DNA of 62,916 bases, filler included, from Craspedostauros australis (Eukaryota), in assembly GCA_030167865.1 (NCBI GenBank). It is 12 parts of 12 records of this genome, joined end to end, with 100 filler letters (N's around TTAATTAATTAA, not from the genome) between each part and the next. Parts side by side here need not be neighbours in the genome. Positions count along the whole stretch, not along the records: positions 1 to 14,541 come from JALAGF010005279.1; positions 14,642 to 16,670 come from JALAGF010005284.1; positions 16,771 to 19,126 come from JALAGF010005285.1; positions 19,227 to 20,920 come from JALAGF010005286.1; positions 21,021 to 27,026 come from JALAGF010005287.1; 7 more parts are not named here. The stretch is one strand, 5' to 3'. Positions 13,255-25,551 of the stretch are shown here, one piece after another; within the stretch, counting starts at the first letter, position 1, and every line of letters starts with the position of its first letter. The translations under genes were made by a program, and so were the position numbers. The notes under the pieces are model-generated. The model searched no databases and was not told the origin of the DNA. It was given only the letters and a program-made list of their open reading frames with translations.

Positions 13255-13648
13255 GGCACCCACGGACGACAACATGCTGCGGCTCCTTGTTGCCCCTTGT
13301 TGCCCCTTCCTGCGCCGCCTGCGACATCGTGGCTGCTGCTGTCCGATACTGTATGGTCCGCGGCAAATGGTCGCGTGGATCGATTTCTATTGATCCAGTT
13401 CATCTTCGTGTCCGATGAAGTCATCGGCCTGTAGCCAATCTCACCGTCCCCTATTTATGTTGTGATTACCATTGACGACATCGGGATTATCGTGATGATC
13501 GACGGTGTCGCGTTCATCAGGATCGCCGTTGGTATCGCAATTGTTATCCTTCATGGTGTCAACACCGGACTTCGGTTTGCGCGTTGATCTGTCCGTCTTC
13601 CTCGAACGAACGATCAGTGACGCTGTTCTTGTTGGCAGAATGGCTCAT
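13255..13648 (-). pseudogene. Degenerate 5' relic of a fourth STAND-like ATPase copy
   Basis: Frameshifted, stop-containing translation gives an acidic N-terminus, then DDFIGHEDELDQ*KSIHATICR and RGNKEPQHVVVRG. These match FIGREDELERLKSIYARICR and KGNKEPQVVLIHG of the intact copies. Walker A is destroyed. Confidence 0.7.
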
Positions 13649-14585
13649 GTTTCGAAGAAGGCCTGATGCATACATCTCCAACAGATCTGGCAGAGCCAGC
13701 GAAAAATGAGAATAACAGAGCCATTATAGGATGTGTGGATCAATGCTCTGTACTCAAGTATAGCGATGATCATAGAGTAGAATGGATGAATACCTTAAGA
13801 GAGGTTGTGATGGGCAGAGTAAGCACGTACCTCTTACTCCTGTGTGATCAGTTGTTGCGTCATCCCGCGTGGTCTTTTTCTGCGGTTCGTTTCGCCTATC
13901 ATGGTGCACACTATAACGCTTTTTACTGGTTGCTCACACAGGATTCATGTGTTTCTCGTCCTTCGTCGACAGTTTGGGGAAACCACTTAATGAAGGTGCA
14001 GCTAATTCTATCTAACGTGCGACATGTGTCATGACGGCCTCAACGCAGGCGCGCCAAACCAAAAGAGACAAAACCCCACGCTCACATTTTCAACCAAAAC
14101 GACAGAACAACAAAGAACAACACCAATGTGACGTAGGTAATCTGCCACCAAATGATGAAGAGAGGAGCGACGCCAAGACGATCGACGAAGCAGAACTGTT
14201 CCGCACGTGGTCCACCACGCGTATCGACGAAGATGGAAGCTGTGGAACAGGGTAGCTCAGCGACCGATACAACGACATCATCACTTTCGTTGCCTACCTA
14301 CACAGTTGCCTTGCGGTGGTCTTGTTGCTGATCGCAGATGTTTGATTGTACAAATGTTATGGGATACTATTACCATACGAGCTACGAGTATGGGACTTGT
14401 GATAGTATTTGACAGCAACTTCTATCTTCCCGGGAGCGCTCACTCTCTCGGACGAACCAGCGATCCTGAGAGCACCGCACCACCACGGATGAAGGCATAC
14501 CATACCAGCATACTATTATACAAAACACTTCGATGGCTACANNNNNNNNNNNNNNNNNNNNNNNNNNNNNNNNNNNNNNNNNNNN

Positions 14586-14597
14586 TTAATTAATTAA
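14586..14597. other. Artificial scaffold linker TTAATTAATTAA in N runs (first of 11)
   Basis: The identical six-frame-stop 12-mer inside ~44 N on each side starts at 14586, 16715, 19171, 20965, 27071, 33759, 38003, 46010, 48611, 57669 and 59864. Confidence 0.97.
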
Positions 14598-16770
14598 NNN
14601 NNNNNNNNNNNNNNNNNNNNNNNNNNNNNNNNNNNNNNNNNAATCCACAACAAACGTATCCAAGACTCCTTCCTGCCACCACGATGCGATTGGCATGATG
14701 CGATCGTCAAACAGCACAACAACACAACAACACCACAAGAAGCAGACTTCGAGGCGCTCCTCGCTTTCGTTCTTGGCGCCTCACCATGTTAGCACTATGA
14801 TCGTACCCATGCACGCACAGAACGCCTCATCGTCNGTCGCCACTCACATGGACAAAGGTCAAGACAAGGAGGTGATTGGAGCAGTGTGNACACCATCCCG
14901 CTNCCATCGCCGAGTTGATCATCATGATTGTAGTACGACCACCAAGCCACAACACCGCCATGTTCGTCATCACATCATGATCCATCCATGCAAATCATGA
15001 GGATTCTTTCCACCGCTCGCATCTGCGTGGCAGTTGTGCTCCCCAGTTCTGTCATTGTCGATTCTACTGTTCGTGCCGATGATGGTGCTGATGATGGTGC
15101 TGGTGATGTCAAGCAGCAGGATCGGGAACCGCAACTGAACATGATGCATCCACAACGTCTGCGGCTGCTCCAACTGCGTATCCCCCGCACATGCGGCAAG
15201 GCACGGCATGTGGCGCCAATCGCAACAGCAGCANCAAGAGCAACAGCAACAACCCTCTTCGACGATTCCACATGGGTTCGACTGTGCAGAACACACCAGG
15301 GCACCATGTGACACGCCACCTCCTCATCTATCTCTATCCGAACAGCCACCTCATTCGTGAGTGAATCGGCGATCAGTCCCGTGTTCAACCAACCATCGAC
15401 TCTCGGCGATAGATTGGTGACCATGACGATGATGGATTCATCATCGAACGCCCCCACTCTGCACCTTCGGGCACCGCATCTTTCCGTGCAGATCTGAGAT
15501 CCCTCCCACTACCACTGCAACGCAGCGCAGCGCAACGCAATCCAAACAAAGACAGGAGATGAAGCTGCGCGAGCAATTCATCTCCAACAGCGCACACACT
15601 CATCATCTCCCAAGACAAGTGGTGATGCTTGATCCGCGAACAAGACATCGCGCGATGTCCGACCATTTCGCAGCCACAACAATTGGCTTTGGCAAGTTCT
15701 TGTTCTGATCTTTGATTTGGCGATATCTGTTTTGTGGCATCTCATGAAGCAACATTCCGCAGCAAGCAGACGAAGACTTGCCTCCTGGATCGTGGTGTGA
15801 CGACGCAGGTGATGAGAAGCACAGACTGGACCAGGCAATCTCAAGGAGGCGAAGGCAACTTTGTTCAACATAAATCATGGGCATCCGTACTCCAGTGCAA
15901 TCGATACAGCATTGGCCGTTCTTGTCTTCCATCAATCACAACGCTGGTTTGTTGATCATGAAGGCACTGTGGCCATTCGACGCTGCTACGCTATTTGCGG
16001 CGATGATCGCTGCGAGTGCAGTCCCAACAGCAAGTGCCATGGGGAATACAACGGTGAGTCACCCGGATCATCGCACTCATTGCCCTCTGGTGGCCTTCAC
16101 TGACGTCTTCCATGTTGGGTTCTTCGCCCGCTGAATCCGTACCATACGTCCATTCGTTCGTATGCATGCATGCATTTATGTATGCATGTGTGTATGCATG
16201 TGTGTAGCATGTATGTATGCTCGCACTCAACCCAGACTCTTCCGCCAAATCCTCTCTCTCTCGCTCGCTCGCTGTGTTCACGCTGCTTGTACTTGCGATC
16301 ATCACAACAAATCGGATGAAACGAATTCGCTCAATCAACTTGAACTGGAACGACTGTGCCCATCACAACAACTATGACATCACGCTGCAGCATCCCACAC
16401 CGGCACCGCTTTGCGATGAATGGAGATTCGCANCCATTGACGGAGATCTCTTGAATCAAACCTCTCAATCTCTCAGATTCGATGTATTCATTGTTGAAGA
16501 CGTTCAAATTAACTCCATCAAAGTGTTTCTGGCTCCTGGCTGTTCCAACATGCCATACAAGAATACAAGATCTTCTTCCATCCCCACATCTGGCAGGTGG
16601 ACAGCGGGAATTGGACTCAGATCGCCTCTGGCAACAACGGAGAAGTCGACTCTGATGGTTTCACGGCCTCNNNNNNNNNNNNNNNNNNNNNNNNNNNNNN
16701 NNNNNNNNNNNNNNTTAATTAATTAANNNNNNNNNNNNNNNNNNNNNNNNNNNNNNNNNNNNNNNNNNNN

Positions 16771-18666
16771 TTCGAGCGGTGTCGTTGGTGAGCGCTGATC
16801 GCCACCATTGGAGGTCTTGTGTGACTGCATGGGTGAGAGCTGTGTAGCTGAAGTATGGTAGATCAGGTTGGTCCCAATCGTCAGGATGGACGAGTGCGTA
16901 GAGAGCCCGCAGGTAGTTGCGACCGAGGTATGATGGTGTGGCCTCGGCTACGCTCTCCAACATGCCNNNNNNNNNNNNNNNNNNNNNNNNNNNNNNNCTT
17001 GTGGGTGTGGCTTCGATGTAGTCCAGCACCGCGATGATCTTGTCTCGTTTCAGCGGAGGAATGCGTAGGCGTGGTGTGCTCATGGTGTCGAAAATCAGTC
17101 CAGTGTACTTGACGACCTGGTTGGGTGGCGTGAGCTTGCCCGGGTGACAGAGTAGGCCACAGTCCACCGACAGGTCAAGGAAGGCCGACAACGCCGCTGC
17201 GGTCTTGCGGCGTGTGGGTCCATGGATGATGAAGTCATCGCAGTGGGCCCACACGAGAGCGGCGGGCAATCCGTCGGATCCGATGGACACAAGTCCCTGT
17301 CCTCTGGTATGGTCATAGTCCAGGCCTTGGTCGAATGCGGTCCACCACNNNNNNNNNNNNNNNNNNNNNNNNNNNNNNNNNNNNNNNNNNNNNNNNNNNN
17401 NNNNNNNNNNNNNNNNNNNNNNNNNNNNNGTATATCGGAGAATGCTCGCGTAGTCGTCGGAGGAAAGCAGTTCCTAGCCTGCATGCGATAGCCGGTGATT
17501 GGCTAGATCCCATTGGCAGCCCAGCATACTGGTACATTTTTCCCGAAATCGGATGTTGGATGCCGAGAAATCGCCTTTCGTCAGGACGCGTTCGAAATTG
17601 GTAAAAATACTTCGAAGCATCCACCACCGCCGACCATCCACCGTGATACATTTGTTTCAAAATGTCGCGGCTTTTTGGAAAAATGGTCGGATCGGCCCCA
17701 ATGAACTCGTTGGNNNNNNNNNNNNNNNNNNNNNNNNNNNNNNNNNNNNNNNNNNNNNNNNNNNNNNNNNNNNNNNNNNNNNNNNNNNNNNNNNNNNNNN
17801 NNNNNNNNNNNNNNTCTTGCGGCTCGACGACGCCGAGGCTGAGTAGCTCGTCGACGAAGTCCGCTGCCACCTGTTGTTGTTCAGCGGTCATGTCGGTGTT
17901 GTCATGGTGTCCTGATTCCGGGGTGCCCAGGAAATTCATCGGACTCCCTTCTCGCAGATGGTCCCAGTGTTGCTGGGGGAACTCCCACCAGAGCACTCGT
18001 AGCTGTTTGGGGTCAGGGTGTGTATCAGTGTAGTTGGTGCGGTGAACGCGTAGATCGTCGAGTCCGTCCTCGAGTAGCGAAGCGGNNNNNNNNNNNNNNN
18101 NNNNNNNNNNNNNNNNNNNNNNNNNNNNNNNNNNNAATGAACTCGTTGGTGCGGTTTTCTCGCATGTTGGCGATGATGCGCCATTGATCGGGCTGCATGG
18201 GTTTCGGTAGAGCAAAGAGAGGAGCATTGACGACCACCGGATGGAGTGGGTCTTGCGGCTCGACGACGCCGAGGCTGAGTAGCTCGTCGACGAAGTCCGC
18301 TGCCACCTGTTGTTGTTCAGCGGTCATGTCGGTGTTGTCATGGTGTCCTGATTCCGGGGTGCCCAGGAAATTCATCGGACTCCCTTCTCGCAGATGGTCC
18401 CAGTGTTGCTGGGGGAACTCCCACCAGAGCACTCGTAGCTGTTTGGGGTCAGGGTGTGTATCAGTGTAGTTGGTGCGGTGAACGCGTAGATCGTCGAGTC
18501 CGTCCTCGAGTAGCGAAGCGGATCGCTTTCCGTACCGCGCACAAGCCTGCCGCAGGTTGCCCACACGGCGCTGATGCCAATCGCCGCCGGGAGAGAGGTC
18601 GGGTGGGGACCATTGATATTGAGAGTCGCCGTTGTTGCCCTCAGGCATGATTTGATGGGTCTGTCT

Positions 18667-18697
<31 letters not shown>

Positions 18698-19125
18698 TCT
18701 GTCGTTAGTGTCGTAGGTTGGGAGTGTTCGGAGTGCCGATGTACATGGCGGGCCAAGTCCATCAGCGGTGTGGAGAGGTACTCCAGCAGGTGTTGTGACG
18801 GAGTGTGGAAAAGCACTCGCCATTTCGCCTGCTTCAGCACCTCTCCGGGGAGCGAGCTGCCCAGGGCTTTCCCTAACTCGTCTGGAAAGAGGCGTCGGAC
18901 GCCTCTATCCGTCTGAATGAGGGCAAGCCGGTCCATTGGCATTGCAGATGTTGCGCTGTCGACGACCGACTGGGCGTTGCTCTTCGTTATATAGCATCGT
19001 CGAGGAACTCCGCAGTGACGAAGACAGTTCGCCATGCTTCGCTCAGATGCGGGTTGGAGGTCTGGCCAGTCGATGCCAGATGCCGTCCACGTTGTTGCCG
19101 CCCTCACCACCACCGTATAAATCAC
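16771..19125 (-). mobile_element. Gapped retrotransposon polyprotein with RT and start of RNase H connection, DIRS/Ngaro (tyrosine-recombinase)-like
   Basis: RT motifs: NAPLFALPKP..PDQWRIIANMR, VVDASKYFYQF, YAGLPMGSSQSPAIACR, VWAHCDDFIIHG and HPGKLTPPNQVVKYTGLIFDT. These are followed by LRIPPLKRDK and DLQWWRSAL, typical of DIRS/Ngaro RT-RH. No recombinase is visible because the scaffold ends. About 17815-18084 duplicates 18253-18520 across a gap. Confidence 0.75.
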
Positions 19126-19226
19126 CNNNNNNNNNNNNNNNNNNNNNNNNNNNNNNNNNNNNNNNNNNNNTTAATTAATTAANNNNNNNNNNNNNNNNNN
19201 NNNNNNNNNNNNNNNNNNNNNNNNNN

Positions 19227-20585
19227 AGACATGCTAAATCGCACCGAACCAAAAAGAACAAAACACACAGAGACGTAAAGACACAGGCAAAGAGCAAGAG
19301 GATTGTGACGGATTGTGACGGATTGTGCACGACCGATTTTGTACGCGTTATGTAGTACGTGTCCCTGCAGTATTGTTGCGACAAACCGTGCTCGGAGGTG
19401 TGACACGCAGAGGCCTAATCGTACCAAGTAGTGATACGTGCAACGTCAGAAAGCACAGACAGAAACGCTAAATCGTACCGAACCAAAAAGAACAAAACAG
19501 ACAGAGACGTAGAGACACAGGCAAAGAGCAAGAGGATTGTGACGGATTGTGCACGACCGATTTTGTACGCGCTATGTAGTACGCGCTATGTAGTACGTGT
19601 CTGTCACGTCTGTGTAGTATTGTTGCAACAAACCATGCATGGAGATGTGACACACAGAGGCCCAATTGTACGAGGTAGTGATACGTGGAACGTATGCAAG
19701 CACAGACAGACACGCAAAATCGCACCAAACCAAAAAGAACAAAACACACAGAGACGTAAAGACACAGGCAAAGAGCAAGAGGATTGTGACGAATTGTGCA
19801 CGACCGATTTGGACGTGCTGTGTAGTACGTGTCCCTGCAGTATTGTTGCGACAAACCGTGCTCGGAGATGTGACACACAGAGGCCCAATTGTACGAGGTA
19901 GTGATACGTGGAACGTATGCAAGCACAGACAGACACGCAAAATCGCANNNNNNNNNNNNNNNNNNNNNNNNNNNNNNNNNNNNNNNNNNNNNNNNNNCAG
20001 AGGCCCAATTGTACGAGGTAGTGATACGTGGAACGTATGCAAGCACAGACAGACACGCAAAATCGCACCAAACCAAAAAGACCAAAACACACAGACACGT
20101 AAAGACACAGGCAAAGAGCAAGAGGATTGTGACGAATTGTGCACGACCGATTTTGTACGCGCTATGTAGTACGTGTCCCTGCAGTATTGTTGCGACAAAC
20201 CGTGCTCGGAGATGTGACACACAGAGGCCTAATCGTACCAAGTAGTGATACGTNCAACGTCAGAAAGCACAGACAGAAACGCTAAATCGTACCGAACCAA
20301 AAAGAACAAAACAGACAGAGACGTAGAGACACAGGCAAAGAGAAAGAGGGTTGTGACGGATTTCGCACGACCGATTTCGCACGACCGATTTTGTACGCGT
20401 TATGTAGTACGTGTCCCTGCAGTATTGTTGCGACAAATCGTGTTTGGAAACGTGACACACTGGGGGGCCCAATCCTACCAAGTAGTGATACGTGCAACGT
20501 CAGAAAGCACAGACAGAAACGCTAAATCGTATCGAACCAAAAAGAACAAAACAGACAGAGACGTAGAGACACAGGCAAAGCGCAA
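19227..20585. repeat. Tandem satellite, unit about 223-247 bp, at least 6 copies
   Basis: The anchor gtagtgatacgt recurs at about 19428, 19675, 19898, 20018, 20242 and 20482. Units share agacacaggcaaagagcaagaggattgtgacg and gtccctgcagtattgttgcgacaaa. Confidence 0.92.
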
Positions 20586-21654
20586 GATGACCGGTAACAT
20601 TTTGTCACATTTATTCGCCCTCTGCGAAGTTCGACTTGGAATGTTCGCATCGAACGGTCGCAAAGTTTTTCCATCTCGCCGTCGAATCGTGGAACACGTG
20701 TTCATTTTTGTCATTCTGTCTGCGTTGTTCGGATCGAAACAGTGTTTTCCCTGCGTCGCCTTTGACGCGTCGGCCCGACATGTTGGTTGGTTTGTAAGTA
20801 CACTGCAGTTTTGAACGGTTTGGTCCCTGAGGCACAACGAACTTGGGGTGTTGTTGTGAGCATTGCAGATCTGAATAGGCACAATAACGATGAACGGTTC
20901 AAGCTGAAACATTCGGGCATNNNNNNNNNNNNNNNNNNNNNNNNNNNNNNNNNNNNNNNNNNNNTTAATTAATTAANNNNNNNNNNNNNNNNNNNNNNNN
21001 NNNNNNNNNNNNNNNNNNNNGACTGGACCACCACTCGTGCATGAGCGGTTATTCCTCCCCCATGCAATATATTGAGCCAACCCACACAAAGATGAGCGTT
21101 GGAAAAGTAGCTGAAGCGCTTGGAGCGGTTGTGCACGGTGGCAGCTTTGTTTCGCGACGTTGAGTGCGTCGTGAGATTGTGTCGTCTGCCCGTGAGTACG
21201 TTTCATTCACGAATGTTTGGCCCAAAATCGAGTTCGAGAGGGTCTCGGATCCGTGAACCAACCAGAAATGTACCGAATCAGTCTCATTGACAAAAACACA
21301 CAAGAAGAAGAACAACGCAAAAAACGCACTCACAAAGGCCCTATTAGAGATAGCTTGGCCATTTTCATCACCTCATAACTTTATATCCAAGGCCCAGACT
21401 CACTGTATAGCACCTTTTCCTTATTAAAAATGTGTTGAAGTATACATAGTTAAATTATAGTCTCTATAGGAGCCCATTTTTTCAGAATCCTGCCGTGGTC
21501 GTACGGTCATTGGCTGACGTGGGTCTTATGGTAGTCCTCAAATTAAAAATCGGCACGAACGTACTATCGTATCCTGAATGGGGTCGTACAGTAGAGAGGT
21601 GTGTACTCGCATGGCATTGCCCTCCGACCGACCTCTTCTGCTACTCGTGCTTGA

Positions 21655-22108
21655 CCCATCGCCTTCCGAGGGTGCGATCAAGCATGCGATCAAGCATGCG
21701 ATCAAGTATGCGATCAAGTATGCGATCAAGCATGCGATCAAGCATGCGATCAAGCATGCGATCAAGCATGCGATCAAGCATGCGATCATAGGAGGGGATG
21801 CATCTGCCTTGCCATCTGTTTCTCTGTTCGCATTGAAGATTCATTCCACGATGTATGGTTGGTAGTTCGCATTCCACCCATCGCCTTCCAAGGGTGCGAC
21901 CTAGACTGCGATCATAGCCTGCGATCAAAGAATGCGATCATAGAATGCGATCATAGAATGCGATCATAGAATGCGATCATAGAATGCGATCATAGAATGC
22001 GATCATAGAATGCGATCAGAGAATGCGATCAGAGAATGCGATCAGAGAATGCGATCAGAGAATGCGATCATAGAATGCGATCATAGAATGCGATCATAGG
22101 AGCGGATG
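21655..22108. repeat. Paired minisatellites: (TGCGATCAAGCA)x~9.5 and (TGCGATCATAGAA)x~14
   Basis: Directly visible 12-bp array at 21673-21790 and 13-bp array at about 21907-22098, with shared flanks. Confidence 0.95.
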
Positions 22109-22752
22109 AGGATTACCGCTTTGGCTGTTCGGTCCGTGTCCCATGATAAAGAACATCTGCGAAAGTAGAAGGATGAGTGTCAGAGTGCGTGGTACGAGTA
22201 CAAACAATCGGAGATTTGATTTCTACGAGTACAGCGTGTGCGATGGGGGATGATACAGCACCAATGCGTACGAAACGGTACGAAAGGGTATCACCACCAA
22301 TGGTTGACACCTCAACTGACCACTATCATCGCCACGGACGCAAATGACAGACGTGGGGCAGCTGCCCCAATGTATCACCTCTTTGGGCCAAATATCGAAG
22401 GGTGTACTCTGTGAGGAGTTGCGACAATTGGAGAGTTGTATCGTTGCTCCTATGACAACCACGCCCTCGCTGGTGAGTGCGATCAAGGGATTGTTGCTGT
22501 AGAGAAGCGAAGTTGCTCTCTCTGCCTCGACCAACATTGATCTTGTTGACATGCCTGAAATCGTTTGGAACATCTAATTTCCTCGCCCTCACAATACATC
22601 AACAACATCATCCAGTGACCACCACCAATTACGACCTTGGGGGAGAGAGTCCAAGTTCCGCAGGCGCCATTCACATCTGCGTCGCTGGTGCGACCGACGC
22701 AAACCCACCTACACAGTCGCAGCCGCGGCCGCAGCCACATTCATACCCAACA

Positions 22753-24431
22753 ATGGGCGACGAGACAACATATGATGCGTCTGCTAAACTTCCGCCACCA
22801 ATCCCTGTCCCCTCTGCGCCAGTAGCGTCTGAAGAAGACATGCAAGCCCACATGCAAGCTGAAACGCAAAGGGAATTGCAAAGGGCTTTACGACTGTGAC
22901 GAACTCAAACACCAAGTGCCCAATGCAACCCTGATGGGAGCACGAGCAATCAAACCTATATTCCAGTTGCAGAGGTCGTCCCAGGATGGAGCTGGAAAGG
23001 TGTTGTTACTGTGGTGTTACTCATTGTCGGTGCAGCCGGTGCCATTGCAGCAGGCGTAGTGTTCCTCCTAAGTAACGAGACCAGCAGAAGCAACAGCAGC
23101 AACAGCAACATAGACGGCAGCAGTAGTAATCAGCCCACCACAAATGGCCCCGTGATCGGCCATCACAAAATCCAACCCACACACCGACGGAGATACCGAG
23201 TGATCTACCCTCGTCGAACCCAACCCACACACCGACGGATATAGCGAGTGATCGACCATCACAAAATCCAACCCACACACCGACGGAGATACCGAGTGAT
23301 CTACCCTCGCCGAACCCAACCCTCACACCGACGCACATACCGAGTGATCGACCATCACAAAGTCCAACCCACACACCTACGGATACACCGAGTGATCTAC
23401 CCTCGTCGAACCCAACTCACACACTCACGCATATACCGAGTGATCTACTCTCGTCGAACCCAACGGACAGCTTCGATCAATCGAATGCTTTCTTCACGAT
23501 TTGGGAGGTGCTCCTGCCCACACTCCAAGAAGAGCCTACCTTCATCGATGCAGCCATACTCGCCAGCCCAACCAGTACTGCGCATCGAACGCTGGACTGG
23601 ATGGCAAACAGCAACCACCCAGATCTCACATCAATGATCGCGGAAGATGCACAAGCCAATGCCACACGTCTATTAGAGTACTATGCAGTGGTGAGCATGT
23701 ACTTTTCACTCGATGGAGCCAATTGGATCCGCAAGATGGGCTTTCTATCAGATGCTGACCTTTGCAACTGGCACTCTTCCTCTCGTGGTGTGACATGCGA
23801 TGATGGTCATGTGGTAGAAGTAGCTTTGAGTGACAGAAACATGCGGGGCATGCTCGATCCGGCCCTGTATCATCTCTCGCACCTTGAGCAATGGTCAATG
23901 AAAATGACTTACTGGACTCGCGAACAGATTGATGGTATCATCTTCAGTCACATTGTCATGTTGAGTATGCTATCAGAGCTAACTCTAGTGTTCATGGCAC
24001 TGCGAGGTGCGTTTCCGTCAGAATTGTATCAACTTACACAATTGACACATCTTGACTTGGCTTCCAACGGCTTCGCTGGGCGTCTTCCATCCGAGATTGC
24101 TCGGCTGACAGCTCTCGCCTCTCTTGATTTGGGATATGCTGACTTCACTGGGCAGCTTCCATCGGAGATTGGTCAACTGACAGCGCTCGTCAATCTTTAT
24201 CTGGGATACACCGACTTCACTGGACAGCTTCCATCCGAGATTGGTCTACTGACAGCGCTCGTCTATCTTTATCTAGGATACACCGACTTCACTGGACAAC
24301 TTCCATCCAAGATTGGTCAGCTGACAGCCCTCACCAATCTTGGTCTAGGAGGGACCAATTTCACTAGACCGCTTCCAACTCAGGTTGGCCTCCTCACATC
24401 ATTGGAAATAGCCGGGATTCCTGGAATCTAA
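22753..24431 (+). pseudogene. Membrane-anchored LRR protein (TM, Pro/Ser/Thr stalk, LRRNT, plant-type LRRs), disrupted by a stop and frameshift(s)
   Basis: TM VVLLIVGAAGAIAAGVVFLL. The stalk (PSDRPSQNPTHTPTEIPSDLPSSNPTHTPT)n is in the frame of ORF 23508. Cap: TLDW...LLEYYAVVSMYFSLDGANW...LCNW...GVTC. LRRs: LxLxxxxFTGQLPSEIGxLTAL. TGA at 22897-22899 and a missing base near 23150. Confidence 0.78.
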
Positions 24432-25551
24432 TTCACTCCAATTTTTCCAGCACAACTGGCCAAGCTTATGTACTATTTAGGGTTGATTTGAATTGATGTA
24501 CTGTTGAGATGTAGCATCAAGAGCAGTAACCATAGTCGGTGGCCTCCTTGTCTGCGACTAAACAATGAACTAGTCGATTTGAACACGACTCATCGACCAA
24601 AAAACTCGGCAGCTGGTGACCTAGACTGATAACTAGATTGAAGATCCTATTCTCCCAATTGAGTCCAGTCATGTATCTACTGTTGCCAGTACTGCATCGA
24701 GTCCGGTAACGTCCGTGACTGATACCTGTGTTGGAAATCCGGGGTTATAGTTAGTACTAAGATCTAATCCGCTGTTAGAAACTGTACCGTTTTAGAACTG
24801 TGAGCACAATCTCACTTTCTCTTCCAATTTCATCTTCATGGTAGGCATCTGTCGCGGTGGCGACACGAGGCGTCCTGTTGTTCCTAGGTGCTTCCCCCTT
24901 CATTCATCATGCTCTGTTCTTGCTTCCTTGTCTCTGCATCGTCGTAGCTGTCTACACTTGCATGGTAGGGATCTGCAATCTTGAGCACTTGCCTATCTCA
25001 TGTTTTCCGTCGTTGATCTCATGACACCATCGCCTCATGGTCGATGTCACCTCTTGGTGATGCTCCAAACCTGCAGATGTTCTGATCCTTTCTGATGTTC
25101 CAAACCTGCGGATGTTCTTGTCCGCAGGAGGGGCGCGTGCTGTCCTCTGAAGAGGGTGCGCCACTTGCCCATGGACTTGCTGTTCTGATCGACGTCGTCG
25201 TCTGGATGGTTGCCATGGTTGGCGCGGTATCGGGACCTCCTGATCCGCCATAGGTGTCATCCTTGCGTTACTGGAAGACAGGCTATCCTCCTCGCGGTAG
25301 TACAGGTATCAATCACGTCCGTGTCCTTAGTCATAGTCATATTGACATGGTATTCAAAGGTGTGACGAATAGTCTCCGAACATGTGACGAATAATATTCA
25401 AAGCTGTGACGAGTAATGTTGGGAGGTGCGGCAATCGTGGGTATTCCGACAAAGTCGTACCCTCAATTCCTATCACCCTTCCATTGTCGCATCGACAACA
25501 TAACATCCATCATCACCGTCGTTCTCTCTCTCACCTTTCGCCTTACTCCCA

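Noticed and set aside
14642..16670. Possible secreted-protein gene fragments (MKALWPFDAATLFAAMIAASA...)
   Set aside because: Stops and frame changes, and no recognisable domain.
21495..21928. ORFs with SSMR/HAIK/IACL repeats, and antisense ORFs over real genes throughout the window
   Set aside because: They are by-products of minisatellites and codon bias.
24502..25550. Possible LTR downstream of the minus-strand Copia fragment
   Set aside because: TGTTGAGA at 24502 could be a terminus, but no convincing PPT or second boundary was found.
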